NCBI GenBank assembly: GCA_020052415.1
Contig: JAGVPB010000011.1
Span: forward strand, 128,035-192,034
Reading direction: 5' to 3'
Source of the DNA: Bacteroidales bacterium
GTDB lineage: Bacteria; Bacteroidota; Bacteroidia; Bacteroidales; JAADJA01
DNA length: 64,000 bases
The position numbers and the translations under genes were made by a program. The notes below the pieces were generated by a model. That model saw only the letters and a list, made by a program, of their open reading frames with translations. It did not search any database and was not told the origin of the DNA. Shown here in pieces: positions 1 to 9,935 of this stretch; positions within the stretch are counted from its first letter, which is position 1, and each line of letters opens with the position of its first letter.

Positions 1-19
1 TTATGCAGTAATTTTAATT

Positions 20-1132
20 ATGATCTTTCGGACAGGGGGTTTTGCTCAGGGAGAGAACTACGAATTCGAAAGAATAAAAATCGGTGATGTAAAAAATCTT
101 ATTGTCGGTGTTGACCTGTCACCGGACAAACAAAAGCTTGCCATAAGCAGTGTTCAGAGTTATCCGATGGTTCTGTTCGATTGGTCTAAACGCGAAGTCT
201 TAAATAAGTTCGACGTCGGCGAGTGGTATGCTGGTTCCTCTGTCAGGTTTTCAACAGGGGGAAAGTATATTTTGTTGCAGCAGTTGTTTTATATTGACTG
301 GGCACTCAATAAAGATCGTGAGGTGAATTTCCTGGTAGTTGATGCAACATCAGGTAAAGTAGTTAAAAGTTTTGAAAAAATTCATGCCGCTGCATTTACT
401 CCGGATGAAAAATTTCTTGTGACAAATACTGCGGGTGAAATTGCTTTCTGGAACCTGGAATCGGGCAACAAGGATAAATCATTTTCTGTAGCAGGAACAA
501 CCAATGCTGTTGGGATAAGCCCCGACGGTAAACACCTCGCGGTTTCTCACCGGCCAGATCCGGCAGAATTAAAAAATAATCCTTCTTATAAAAAGAACAA
601 GAAAGCTTTAAATATCATCCTGAAATACAAACAGCAGGTAAGTGTTTATAATGCAGAAACATTTGAAAAAGAATATACTGTGGGTGAATTCTATGATATT
701 ATATACAGGTTGGAATATTCGCCTGACGGCAATACGATATTTTGTTTAAATATACCTCATCTTAAAACTCAAACCGCCATCGAAAGGATAACTTATATAA
801 ATACCATAACTGCTCAAACCGGCCAGGCATCAAGAAAAGGATTTACTTCGAGGGCAGTTTTTGAACCGGATTTTAAACTCAGCCATGATGGTAAATTGTT
901 GGGATTGGTGTCTCAAAGTTCAAAGTTCCCTGAATTACATATTTATGATTTTGAAACCGGTAAATTAACAAAACGTTTCGAATTGGCTACACGGTTTCTC
1001 GAAAAACACGACGACGATCTGATTGCCGGAGACATGCGCACTTCCTTCGTGTTTTTGCCTGATAATAAAGCCGTTTTAATGACTATGGGAAATCATTTGG
1101 TTTTATGGAATATTAATTTAAATGATCAATGA
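20..1132 (+). CDS. WD40/PD40-like beta-propeller repeat protein
   Basis: 370-aa ORF with recurring blade-like motifs (ISPDGKHLAVS, YSPDGNTIF, LSHDGKLLG). The ATG is only 19 nt from the window edge, so upstream context is unseen. Confidence 0.55.
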   Translation: MIFRTGGFAQGENYEFERIKIGDVKNLIVGVDLSPDKQKLAISSVQSYPMVLFDWSKREVLNKFDVGEWYAGSSVRFSTGGKYILLQQLFYIDWALNKDREVNFLVVDATSGKVVKSFEKIHAAAFTPDEKFLVTNTAGEIAFWNLESGNKDKSFSVAGTTNAVGISPDGKHLAVSHRPDPAELKNNPSYKKNKKALNIILKYKQQVSVYNAETFEKEYTVGEFYDIIYRLEYSPDGNTIFCLNIPHLKTQTAIERITYINTITAQTGQASRKGFTSRAVFEPDFKLSHDGKLLGLVSQSSKFPELHIYDFETGKLTKRFELATRFLEKHDDDLIAGDMRTSFVFLPDNKAVLMTMGNHLVLWNINLNDQ

Positions 1133-1133
1133 T

Positions 1134-1499
1134 ATGAGAATTACAATGGTGATGTTTTTGATTGCCTTATCAGCAACAACTTTTGCACAAAAAAAACTAC
1201 TTATCGAATCAAAAGATGAGATCATTGAAACAGCTACAAAAGAACTTACTCTTGCAATGCAGCCACCTAAGGGCTCACTTTATCTGTTTAATCAGGAATA
1301 TAAAATTACAGGCGAATACATTTTTGATATTACAATCAGGGAAAAAGGCGAAGTGGCATCTGTGTTTGCAGCAGGAAATGAGGGCGGGAGCATTCAGCAG
1401 CAAAATCTGGTGAAGGATAAAATCAGGAATTTTGAATTTGGTTTTAAAATGCCGAAAGGTAAAACTTTCAAGTTCCAATATATATTTAAGTTTAATTAA
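1134..1499 (+). CDS. small secreted hypothetical protein
   Basis: Second in-frame ATG of track ORF 1122..1499, right after the upstream stop codon. It gives a clean signal peptide, MRITMVMFLIALSATTFAQ. No recognisable domain. Confidence 0.5.
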   Translation: MRITMVMFLIALSATTFAQKKLLIESKDEIIETATKELTLAMQPPKGSLYLFNQEYKITGEYIFDITIREKGEVASVFAAGNEGGSIQQQNLVKDKIRNFEFGFKMPKGKTFKFQYIFKFN

Positions 1500-1536
1500 T
1501 AAGAAAATATCAGTTTAACAATTTAAATCTATTACT

Positions 1537-3183
1537 ATGAAAAAACTTTTACTGACAATTATTCTGTTATCCGGGTACCTTACTGTCTTTACCCAGGAAG
1601 AAATGCCTCAGGTCTGGCAGGCAAAACTCGAACATAAAATCATTTTCAGTGGTACAGGCCTTGAAGACAGGGGTTACAGCTACGCAGCATCCGACAAGGA
1701 AATGACAGTTTTTAAAAATGACGATGGTAAAGTTCTTTGGACTAAACCCTTTAAAGAATTAGCACCAAAACTCAGCAAAATTGATGAGCTTATTCCTTTT
1801 TGGGAAGGCAATACGGTCTTCCTGTTTGATCGCAAAATGGGAAAGGATCAGATTGCCTGTATTGACCTGGAAAAGGGTACTTTTTTATGGTCCACCGATA
1901 AATACCAGGATGTGACTGACGATGTGGTCCGTTACATTCCTGAAGAGGAAGGATTTGCAATTTCTTTAAAAAAATCGCTGGTCTTCATTAAAATGAGAAC
2001 CGGGGAAGAAATATGGCAAACCGATAAATTTAAAGGTGTTGTTGGAAAATATGTTTACGACAAAACTGAACGCAGTATGGTGATGGTAAACTTTGTGCCG
2101 GGAGGAATCGCAGCACTTTTTACCGGTTTTAAAAACCAGCTTGCAAAGATCAACGTACAGAATGGTGACATCATCTGGGAAAATACCTATACCGGCAGAG
2201 CTGAGCGCAAGGTATGGACGCGTGAATTTGTGTTCGACCTGGATGTGGAAGATGATAAAGTAATACTGCGTATCAATGGTTATCAGGTTTATGATTATAA
2301 AACAGGTGCGAGTCTTTGGTCGGCAGCTTTCGATTTTGTTCCGGAAGGTGTAGTTCCTAAACCGGCTGGAACAATAAAGTTTGGCGCTTACGGAACCGTT
2401 GCTGAACCTGTTACTGTTGGTGAAGACCTGTACATTCTCGATATGTCGAACAAGAAAAACCAGTTCGTGAAAAAATACGACCGCAATACCGGTAAACTCA
2501 TCTGGACCTCTAAAGAAATAAAAGATGCACGGGTCATACCCGGGATGTATATTGTGGGAGATAAGGTTCTGATGCAGATTGGCGGACGTGTTGAAATCCA
2601 ATATTATCGTTCTTACAAGAGCGGCGATTATGTTTATTATGAATGGGGCCGCAAGTTCCCCGAAGTAAAACCCTTCGGCATCCAGGCATTCAACACCAGC
2701 GACGGTTCGTTAGCCTGGGAATCGGAAAGATTTAAGAAAGGAATTACAAATGCTCTTTTAATGGGAGATCAATTCGTGGTGAGCAGCGGCAAAGCCCTCT
2801 ATTCGATTGATATGAACACCGGGGCTGAAAAGTACGAGGTTCCTGTTTCCAAAGGCGGAGTCGGCCAGGCTGAAATAATTCTGAAATTTAAGGAAAACGT
2901 CATTGTAGTAGTTGGTGAAAAAGGAATTTCGAACTTCGATGCCAAGACAGGAGATGTGCTCTGCAAGGGGGATTATAAATCAGCAAGCCTGCACGACAGG
3001 GTGGATGACCTCCTGATCATGAAAACCGATAAGGCTGACCTTGCAGCATTCGATCTGAATACCTGTACATATAAGGAATATAAGGCCAAAACAGGCGCCC
3101 GCACCGATATGACGCTTGATGGTAAATTTGTTTATGTTTACGAGAAAAATACAGTTACGAAAGTTTCTACAGGAAAAAAGTGA
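1537..3183 (+). CDS. secreted PQQ-like/BamB-like beta-propeller repeat protein
   Basis: 548-aa ORF with signal peptide MKKLLLTIILLSGYLTVFTQ. Repeated G-x-x-LW/IW motifs (DGKVLWTK, GTFLWST, GEEIWQT, GDIIWEN, GASLWSA, GKLIWTS, GSLAWES) are typical of PQQ-type propellers. Confidence 0.7.
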   Translation: MKKLLLTIILLSGYLTVFTQEEMPQVWQAKLEHKIIFSGTGLEDRGYSYAASDKEMTVFKNDDGKVLWTKPFKELAPKLSKIDELIPFWEGNTVFLFDRKMGKDQIACIDLEKGTFLWSTDKYQDVTDDVVRYIPEEEGFAISLKKSLVFIKMRTGEEIWQTDKFKGVVGKYVYDKTERSMVMVNFVPGGIAALFTGFKNQLAKINVQNGDIIWENTYTGRAERKVWTREFVFDLDVEDDKVILRINGYQVYDYKTGASLWSAAFDFVPEGVVPKPAGTIKFGAYGTVAEPVTVGEDLYILDMSNKKNQFVKKYDRNTGKLIWTSKEIKDARVIPGMYIVGDKVLMQIGGRVEIQYYRSYKSGDYVYYEWGRKFPEVKPFGIQAFNTSDGSLAWESERFKKGITNALLMGDQFVVSSGKALYSIDMNTGAEKYEVPVSKGGVGQAEIILKFKENVIVVVGEKGISNFDAKTGDVLCKGDYKSASLHDRVDDLLIMKTDKADLAAFDLNTCTYKEYKAKTGARTDMTLDGKFVYVYEKNTVTKVSTGKK

Positions 3184-3220
3184 TGTATTAATTCATAATC
3201 AACCCGCCCTAAAATTAAAA

Positions 3221-3254
3221 GAGGCCGTCTCAATTTTAAGACGGCCTCTTTTTT
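3221..3254. terminator. bidirectional intrinsic terminator hairpin between convergent genes
   Basis: GAGGCCGTCT (3221-3230), an 8-nt loop, then AGACGGCCTC (3239-3248), followed by TTTTTT. An A-run precedes the stem, so it can act on both strands. Confidence 0.8.
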
Positions 3255-3259
3255 AAGGA

Positions 3260-6200
3260 TTATAACTTAATGAATTTTTGTGTTTTTTGAACACCCTGAC
3301 TTAATACACTTACGATATAAAACCCTTTTTGCAAATGGATAAGGTCAATTTTCTCTGACAGTCTTCCGTCTGATCCTTTATAATTTTTACTAAAGACGAT
3401 CTGTCCGCTTAATGAAATAATGCTGATTTTTACATCTTCATTTCCGGAACTTTCAAATTCAACATTCAGATAATCGATCACTGGATTGGGAAACAAATTA
3501 AAACTTAGGTTTTCCAATAATTGCTCCGATCCATCCTTGAGTGAATTTTCATCTCCGCCTTCATTTCCCTTTCCAATAATATCAAGTATTTGGATAGTTA
3601 TAACTGCCTGACTCCATAAATTGCCAGCACCGTTATCCATTACTCTGACTGCCAGATGAAATACCGGAATAAATTCATAATTTATAAATCTTACATTCTT
3701 TACTGTTATGACTCCGCTGATATTATTAATTTGAAAAGCATTAAAACTGTTCCCGTTTTGAATGGAATATGTTAATGTCTGGCCTAAGTCAGGATCTGAT
3801 GCAACTACCGACCCAACTATTGTTCCAGTTGGAGAGTTTTCCAGAACAGCAAAGGTTTGATTGCCTATTACAGGATTTTCATTCACATTGATAAGGTTTA
3901 TGGTCATTGTGGCTTGCGATGATAAACTGCCGGCCCCATTATCCTGAACTTTTACTATCAGAGCAAAGGTTGGATTAACTTCGAAATTTATTGCTGAAGG
4001 TGTCGCTACTTTCAGAACCCCTGTGGAAGAAATGATTTGGAATGCATTACCGGTATTACCGCTTAGAATTGAATAGGTCAGCAATTGTCCGGCGTCAGGA
4101 TCAGAAGCTATTACTGTTCCAACGACCGTGCCCGAAACAGAATTTTCAGCAACACTAAAACTCTGGTTAACGATCACAGGATTTTGATTTATATTGCTGA
4201 CCGTTACTGTCATTGTTGCCTGCGACCACAAATTTCCGGCGCCGTTATCCTGTACTTTTACAACAAGAGCAAATGTGGTATTAACAACAAGTGCTGAAGG
4301 CGTAAGAACGGATAATATTCCCGAAGCGGCATTCACCTGAAAAGCGTTACCTGTATTGCCACTTACGATTGAATATGTGAGTGTTTGTCCGGCATCGGGA
4401 TCGGTTGCCACCACAGTACCCACCACGGTGCCTGCAGGTGGAGTTACCGGAACTGTAAAACTCTGGTTGCTTATGAGAGGAGATTCATTGACATTTGTGA
4501 GAACAATGGTCATAGTAGCTTGCGATGACAAACTTCCTGTTCCGTTATCCTGAACCTTTACTACAAGAGAATAACTCGGTGTAACCTCAAAATTCAATGC
4601 AGATTGTGTTGCTACCTTTAGTACGCCTGTCGTTGAAGTGATTTGAAAGGCATTTCCGGTATTGCCGCTTAAAATTGAATATGTGAGGGATTGCCCGGCG
4701 TCGGGATCGGTTGCAGCTACGGTTCCTACCGTTGTGCCTGCTGCAGAATTTTCTGCAATAGAAAAACTTTGGGGACTTACCGTTGGCGGCTCATTCACAT
4801 TAGTAAGATTTATGGTCATCGTCGCCTGTGACGATAGTGTCCCGGCTCCGTTATCCGTTACCCTCACAACAAGTGCAAAGGTCGGATTCGCTTCAAAATT
4901 TAAAGCCGCCTGTGTTGCTACCTTCAAAACTCCTGTTGTGAAAACGATCTGGAATGCATTTCCTGTGTTTCCACTGAGAATAGAATAAGTCAGCGATTGA
5001 CCCGGATCGGGATCAGTAGCAATTACAGTTCCAATGGTTGTATTAGTAACAGAATTCTCTGGAACAGTGAAAACCTGGTTTGCAATTACCGGAGGATTAT
5101 TTGTCGAGCCTCCCCCGCTATTATATTCAAATGCTCCGATATCCCGGATGGCCTCCTGGGGTACAGCTGTACTGTCAAGATCAAAGTTCCATGCCCCTGT
5201 ATATTCCACACCCTGGTTTCTCGCAATGGTTGAATTTGCAGTCAAGTGAAAATCGCCACCCGTAATATTTGCAAAATGAACTATATTATCGAAATATGAA
5301 AGGTCATTTGAATATAGCTCTACATTATTCGTCATAAATACATTCACTCCACCATTCATCCCGTCATTAACAAGGTATGTACCGGTAGGCATCATGAAAA
5401 TATTATTGCGCAGGTACATTGGCTGGTTACCCGAGCTTAGAAAATAAGTTTCGTTGCCTTGCAGGTAGAACCGAACAACATTATTGTTATATTGGTGGGT
5501 ATAAGGTGTCGGAGCACCTGCTGCAACTACAACCCCGATATTATCGAACAGGTTATAGGAAACATTGGCCACTTTGCATCGGAATATACCGCCCGCTGTT
5601 GAAGACTGACCCGGAGGCATTTGTGATCCGATAATCCTGTTGCCGATAAAATTAACTTCGCCAAGGATTTGAAAGTAAAACGCATTACTCGACCACGTTG
5701 GGTGCTGATTCGGAGGATAAATAGTATTGTTCCTGATGGTAGCGCTTTCTGTGTCGGTACGTCCGATAACTATAATTGAAAACTTGTAGGAAGTTCCCCT
5801 CCGGTCAAGAATATTGTCTTCAATTAAAACACCGCCAGCCCTGAGCAAATGAATACAGTCACCATCGCAGCTTCCGTTTTGCAGTTCGAGCCATTTCTGG
5901 TTCACATCATAAACGTGGGTGCCACGGATTGTTATGTTATTATAGGTTGCATTTGTTCTCGATTTTGCGAATATTCCGTCTGTCGAACTGCCGTGAACAA
6001 TACAGTCTTCTATAAGCAGATCTGAAATGTTTCCGGTTTCCGTTTCCCATACTTCCGAATTGATACCTCTCCATCCTCCAACCACTTCACAATCCCTGAT
6101 GGTTTGAAAGCTTGCAGAACGGCCGGCATGGGCGCCAAAACTAACAACTCCTGCAGGACCGTTCACCAATTTATAACCCTCAATAAGAAAATTGGAAGAA

Positions 6201-6565
6201 CCATCGCCATTGATACAGCACTGCCCGCCGGTATATGTAATGGTAGGACGGATGCCTGTACCATAAGTGCTGATAGTAACATTGTTTTTGCTTACAACAC
6301 TAATAGTTGCAGAATTAGTTACACTCGTACCCTTTTTCATAAGGTACGTGTTATTACTTGCGATACTGAAATCGGACCAGGAATCATAAGGGTGATCAAT
6401 TGATCCGTTTTGTCCCGGATCACCCGAATTCGCAGGATCAATATACACAGTAGTTTGGGAAAATAATAAAGAAGAATAATTTATAATCAGAACAAAGGTT
6501 AAAATCCAAAATTTGCCGCTTGACAAAAGATTTGTCTGACTTCCAGTTTGAAATCTGTAGTTCAT
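3260..6565 (-). CDS. T9SS-secreted adhesin: right-handed beta-helix region, five cadherin-type repeats and a T9SS C-terminal sorting domain
   Basis: 1101-aa ORF with an N-terminal signal-like segment. The beta-helix region carries repeated NN/G-rich turns. Five ~100-aa repeats follow the pattern P-x-I-x-NQ-F-x-V-x-EN...DPD-x-GQ-LTYSI-x-SGN...AFQI...V-x-D-NGAG...NVNE. The C-terminal tail FPNPVIDYLNVEF...GFYIVSV...KFIKL is of T9SS type A. Confidence 0.9.
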   Translation of the reverse strand: MNYRFQTGSQTNLLSSGKFWILTFVLIINYSSLLFSQTTVYIDPANSGDPGQNGSIDHPYDSWSDFSIASNNTYLMKKGTSVTNSATISVVSKNNVTISTYGTGIRPTITYTGGQCCINGDGSSNFLIEGYKLVNGPAGVVSFGAHAGRSASFQTIRDCEVVGGWRGINSEVWETETGNISDLLIEDCIVHGSSTDGIFAKSRTNATYNNITIRGTHVYDVNQKWLELQNGSCDGDCIHLLRAGGVLIEDNILDRRGTSYKFSIIVIGRTDTESATIRNNTIYPPNQHPTWSSNAFYFQILGEVNFIGNRIIGSQMPPGQSSTAGGIFRCKVANVSYNLFDNIGVVVAAGAPTPYTHQYNNNVVRFYLQGNETYFLSSGNQPMYLRNNIFMMPTGTYLVNDGMNGGVNVFMTNNVELYSNDLSYFDNIVHFANITGGDFHLTANSTIARNQGVEYTGAWNFDLDSTAVPQEAIRDIGAFEYNSGGGSTNNPPVIANQVFTVPENSVTNTTIGTVIATDPDPGQSLTYSILSGNTGNAFQIVFTTGVLKVATQAALNFEANPTFALVVRVTDNGAGTLSSQATMTINLTNVNEPPTVSPQSFSIAENSAAGTTVGTVAATDPDAGQSLTYSILSGNTGNAFQITSTTGVLKVATQSALNFEVTPSYSLVVKVQDNGTGSLSSQATMTIVLTNVNESPLISNQSFTVPVTPPAGTVVGTVVATDPDAGQTLTYSIVSGNTGNAFQVNAASGILSVLTPSALVVNTTFALVVKVQDNGAGNLWSQATMTVTVSNINQNPVIVNQSFSVAENSVSGTVVGTVIASDPDAGQLLTYSILSGNTGNAFQIISSTGVLKVATPSAINFEVNPTFALIVKVQDNGAGSLSSQATMTINLINVNENPVIGNQTFAVLENSPTGTIVGSVVASDPDLGQTLTYSIQNGNSFNAFQINNISGVITVKNVRFINYEFIPVFHLAVRVMDNGAGNLWSQAVITIQILDIIGKGNEGGDENSLKDGSEQLLENLSFNLFPNPVIDYLNVEFESSGNEDVKISIISLSGQIVFSKNYKGSDGRLSEKIDLIHLQKGFYIVSVLSQGVQKTQKFIKL
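3583..5098. repeat. five tandem ~300-bp coding repeats (cadherin-type domains) inside the adhesin gene
   Basis: Boundaries are estimated from protein repeats at about aa 490-995. Long identical peptide runs recur (GQSLTYSILSGNTGNAFQI, LSSQATMTI). Antisense shadow ORFs beginning MPLTIEYV / MPLKIEYV recur at 4356 and 4662. Confidence 0.85.
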
Positions 6566-6916
6566 AATACGTAGTTTTATAAGTTATACAAGTTATTTAC
6601 AAGTAAGAATTTCAGATTGCAGAAATTCCTGACAATTTATGGTACTCGCATAAGTATAATGATGCCAAAAGCGTAAGAATGTATTAATTACTGGTAATAA
6701 AGTACTTAAAAGGTGCAACACTTTTCTGTTGATCTCCGGAACCGGAGATTTGTATTTAAATTCGGATAGCACGCAAAACGGCCTGTTCACTCACTTGTTA
6801 TTTAATGAAGCCTCGCTAATGACTATGAACATTAGGTATTCCGGATTCGGAATAACATTAATTTGGGTTTGCACCATTCCTGCATCAATTATCTGCAGGG
6901 ATTCATAATCGGATAT

Positions 6917-6954
6917 AAAAAAACAGGAGGCTGCCATGGCAGCCTCCTGTTTTA
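6917..6954 (-). terminator. intrinsic terminator downstream of the lipoprotein gene
   Basis: ACAGGAGGCTGC (6923-6934), CATG loop, GCAGCCTCCTGT (6939-6950). On the minus strand a T-run follows the stem (A-run at 6917-6923 on plus). Confidence 0.75.
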
Positions 6955-6979
6955 TCAGATAAATTCCTGAAATTTGAAT

Positions 6980-7723
6980 TTATGTTTCGCTGATTATTTC
7001 ACCTGTCAAATAATCAATTTCGTAAATACTTCCTCCAATAGTGAGGGTAATGGTTCCGTCACCATTGAAAACGAGGGTGCCGTTTACCGTAAATCCGAAT
7101 CCTGAAGAAGTAGTCCCTGTAATCTTGACAGAGCACTCACCACTTAAAATTTCGTATGTCATTTTATCAACCTCAATATCAGTAAAGGTAGCTTCAATAG
7201 TGCTCGTATAGGTCCTTTGCTGCAGGATAGTTATGACCTGTGTGCCATAGCGTGAAGCGCTGCCGTTCAAAACATAAAATGTTTCGGCATTAAAGCAATT
7301 GTCGAGATCGAAGCTGCCGGAACCATTATCATTAGAGGATGTTCTCGGCGTTTCATAATTTCCGCTGGTAGAAAAATCCAGATAGAAAATGGTCGAATTA
7401 CCGACAGTCTGCAATCCAAAATCATAGGCCAGGCTGTAAGAATAATAAATGTAGGCTCCGGGAACGCTTGTAACAGTGAATGAAGAATCGTACATCATGC
7501 CCTGTCCGCTTTTATATTTTGACTCGCCTGCAAGCATAGCAGCATCCTCCATTTGTTGTGTATAGCCATAGGAGTCAGAACAAACGGAAGTCGCTATCAG
7601 TTCGGCAGACTCATCTGCAGAAAGCCCAACCTGTACTTCTTCCTTGCTGTCATCTTTTTTACATGATTGAAAAATCACCATTGTAAGTGCGATGAGGATA
7701 ATCAGTGTTTTTTTCGTTTTCAT
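6980..7723 (-). CDS. hypothetical lipoprotein
   Basis: Starting at the ATG at 7723 gives MKTKKTLIILIALTMVIFQSCKKDD, with an FQSC lipobox. The longer track ORF would start at a TTG codon. The gene lies 12 nt downstream of the preceding gene. Confidence 0.65.
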   Translation of the reverse strand: MKTKKTLIILIALTMVIFQSCKKDDSKEEVQVGLSADESAELIATSVCSDSYGYTQQMEDAAMLAGESKYKSGQGMMYDSSFTVTSVPGAYIYYSYSLAYDFGLQTVGNSTIFYLDFSTSGNYETPRTSSNDNGSGSFDLDNCFNAETFYVLNGSASRYGTQVITILQQRTYTSTIEATFTDIEVDKMTYEILSGECSVKITGTTSSGFGFTVNGTLVFNGDGTITLTIGGSIYEIDYLTGEIISET

Positions 7724-7759
7724 TTTTATAAAATTTAAAGTTAACAAATATGATGTGAA

Positions 7760-8662
7760 TTATTTAATTATTATTGATTTCATAATTTTCTTACCTTCTA
7801 TCGAAAATAGTGCAAAAGCATAACCTTTCGGAAGACCGTTAAGTGAAATACATTCATTGTAAATGCCCTTTTCCATTTGACCTGAAAAGGATTCTTCAAG
7901 GAAATTTCCATTTTTATCGAATAAGCTTACCTTAACTTCACCGGCTTCCGGAAGGTTTATTTCGAAACAACATTCACTGCGAGCCGGATTCGGATAAATA
8001 TTAATATCTGCTGTTTGCTCAATTGAATTTTCCAGAACCGCTTCAAGCTGGCTAAAAGGAACGGCGGGATTGTAAAGCAGGAAAGCTACAGGAAGCAGAT
8101 CTTCAGCAAGGCCTAGTTGTTTAAAGAGTGCAATTTTTGAGGATGGAATAAAATCCATAAGCCTGACAGGAAGTTGTTCTGATGCTATATTCCTGATTTC
8201 TTCCTTCCATGTTTCAAAATACGGCTTTGCCAAATCTAATTCACGACTGATGATGTCTTCATTATTGTCGGCAATTTCCCAAACCTTCATGATCTGTTTT
8301 CTGAATTGCTTACGCGTTTCTTTTATCAATACCAATTCTTCTTCGGTCAGTTCCCGGTTTGATTCAGCAATTTCCGCCGGTATTAAACCTGAGGATTTCC
8401 TGATATCGTAGATTTTTCTTAATTGTTCGCGAACTGAATTTATTTCCATTCTGTCGGAAAAAGAAAGTTCTTGTTCGACTGTCTCTCTTAACGGTTGAAT
8501 TACCGGTACAATTTGTTTTTCAGCATACACAATTATATCGTGCATGATTTGTTTTCGTAGCTGGACAGTTTCCCTTTGTCTGAACGAAGAGAACATAACC
8601 CATAAACTGATCAGAATCAAACTGGCCACTACAACTCCTGTGATTTTAATGATTGTTTTCAT
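7760..8662 (-). CDS. hypothetical helical protein with T9SS C-terminal sorting domain
   Basis: The signal/anchor segment MKTIIKITGVVVASLILISLWVMFSS starts at the ATG at 8662. A -7 box at 8690-8697 lies inside the longer track ORF. The C-terminus is INIYPNPARSECCFEINL...GYAFALFSIEGKKIMKSIIIK. Confidence 0.65.
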   Translation of the reverse strand: MKTIIKITGVVVASLILISLWVMFSSFRQRETVQLRKQIMHDIIVYAEKQIVPVIQPLRETVEQELSFSDRMEINSVREQLRKIYDIRKSSGLIPAEIAESNRELTEEELVLIKETRKQFRKQIMKVWEIADNNEDIISRELDLAKPYFETWKEEIRNIASEQLPVRLMDFIPSSKIALFKQLGLAEDLLPVAFLLYNPAVPFSQLEAVLENSIEQTADINIYPNPARSECCFEINLPEAGEVKVSLFDKNGNFLEESFSGQMEKGIYNECISLNGLPKGYAFALFSIEGKKIMKSIIIK

Positions 8663-8689
8663 TTTTTTTATTTTTAAATGTTTATTGGC

Positions 8690-8697
8690 CAAAAGTA
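8690..8697 (-). promoter_or_regulatory. Bacteroidota -7 promoter box (TACTTTTG)
   Basis: Matches TAnnTTTG on the minus strand, with 27 nt between the box and the ATG at 8662. Confidence 0.35.
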
Positions 8698-8894
8698 TTT
8701 GCACACAGGGGGCGTTTCCAAAAGAATTCAACCTTTGACCGGATTACTTCAATCAACACCTTTAATTTACTCATGAAAACAGCGATAATGGCAATATTGA
8801 AGTTTTAGCCCGGTTCGTTGATAAATTGAAACTGTTGGTTTACACTTTTTGCCTACATTTGAAGTCCTTCTTAATTTTACTGAATAATTTTTAA

Positions 8895-9935
8895 ATGATA
8901 CGAATAGCATACAACAGGTTATACATTAACAAAGGCTTGCAGGTTGCGGGCTGGCTGATCTATTTCATTTTAAATGTCAACTTCTTTTATAGTTTTGGAA
9001 TACTTCCCTTATACACATCAATACTAAGGAGTCTTTTACTTGTACTTCTGTTTTCCGGTATTTTTTATATCAACTACCTGGTTTTAATTCCCCGGTTTCT
9101 AAACCGAAAGTGGATGTGGTTGTATTTTGTTTTATTGTTGGTTATAATAATAGCCGGTACTTTTATAAGGTTAAGAATAGAAAAAGTATTTGTCAATGAA
9201 AATTTCCCCGAACTGGCAAGAATACCTGTTCAACGGATCGGTTTTGTTGCCGGGACAATTGTAGTTCTTTTGCTTTTAAGCACCGCATACCGTCTGATGG
9301 CAGATCATTTTTCAGCACAGGATCAGAAGAGAGAAATGATGAAAGAAAAAGCCGATGCTGAACTGAAATTTCTAAAAACCCAGATAAATCCCCATTTTCT
9401 GTTCAATACGCTGAATAATCTTTATGCGCTGGCCTATTCCGGTTCAGAAAACACGGCTCCCGGTATCATGGCTCTTTCGCAAATGATGCGATACCTGCTG
9501 TATGAAACAGGCCAGGAAGTGGTCAGGTTGAAAAAGGAACTGGACTTTGTGCTTAATTATATTGAACTCGAAAAACTCCGGCTCGAAAATTCGGATTCCA
9601 TAAGAATTGATTTTGATGAGGATCATCCTGAAATGATGATCGCACCTTTGATTTTCATCCCTTTTATCGAAAACAGCTTCAAGCACAGCCGCATTATTGA
9701 TGATGCTGAAGCCTGGATTGAAATTTCGATTAAAACCGGGAGTGGAAAGATATTATTCAAATGCAGTAACTCCATTCCACAAAAACAGGTTAAAAAGGAT
9801 ACGAATGGAGGGGTCGGCCTTGAAAATATAACAAAGAGGCTTCAGCTCATTTATCCGGGACGGCATTCGATCAGAATGACCAATGAATCCAATAAGTTTA
9901 ATGTGGAACTTGAAATTACGATAGATGAAATTTAG
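8895..9935 (+). CDS. LytS-type sensor histidine kinase
   Basis: Four or five N-terminal TM helices. The His_kinase (PF06580-type) motif INPHFLFNTLNNLYAL is present, and the C-terminal ATPase region has GGVGLENITKRL. Confidence 0.85.
   Translation: MIRIAYNRLYINKGLQVAGWLIYFILNVNFFYSFGILPLYTSILRSLLLVLLFSGIFYINYLVLIPRFLNRKWMWLYFVLLLVIIIAGTFIRLRIEKVFVNENFPELARIPVQRIGFVAGTIVVLLLLSTAYRLMADHFSAQDQKREMMKEKADAELKFLKTQINPHFLFNTLNNLYALAYSGSENTAPGIMALSQMMRYLLYETGQEVVRLKKELDFVLNYIELEKLRLENSDSIRIDFDEDHPEMMIAPLIFIPFIENSFKHSRIIDDAEAWIEISIKTGSGKILFKCSNSIPQKQVKKDTNGGVGLENITKRLQLIYPGRHSIRMTNESNKFNVELEITIDEI

Noticed and set aside
1966-2601. 211-aa minus-strand ORF inside the PQQ-propeller gene. Similar long antisense ORFs occur at 45430..46233 (267 aa), 52971..53414 (147 aa), 35312..35725 (137 aa) and 11510..11902 (130 aa).
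   Set aside because: Each lies fully within a well-supported gene on the opposite strand, has no recognisable motifs and has odd composition. They are treated as spurious.
4085-5265. Cluster of plus-strand ORFs (4085, 4356, 4662, 4997, 5034, 5080) opposite the adhesin gene, two of them with similar N-termini
   Set aside because: They are antisense shadows of the tandem cadherin-repeat coding DNA. Their similarity only reflects the repeats on the other strand.
6566-6979. 414-bp region upstream of the adhesin gene with three short palindromes (ATCTCCGG-AA-CCGGAGAT 6732-6749; TATTCCG-GATT-CGGAATA near 6836-6853; CCTGCA...TGCAGG near 6880-6900), plus track ORF 6593..6790
   Set aside because: I checked for tRNA or other RNA genes and for a real CDS. 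There is no cloverleaf, no known RNA motif and no credible ORF. The hairpins alone are too generic to call a regulatory element.
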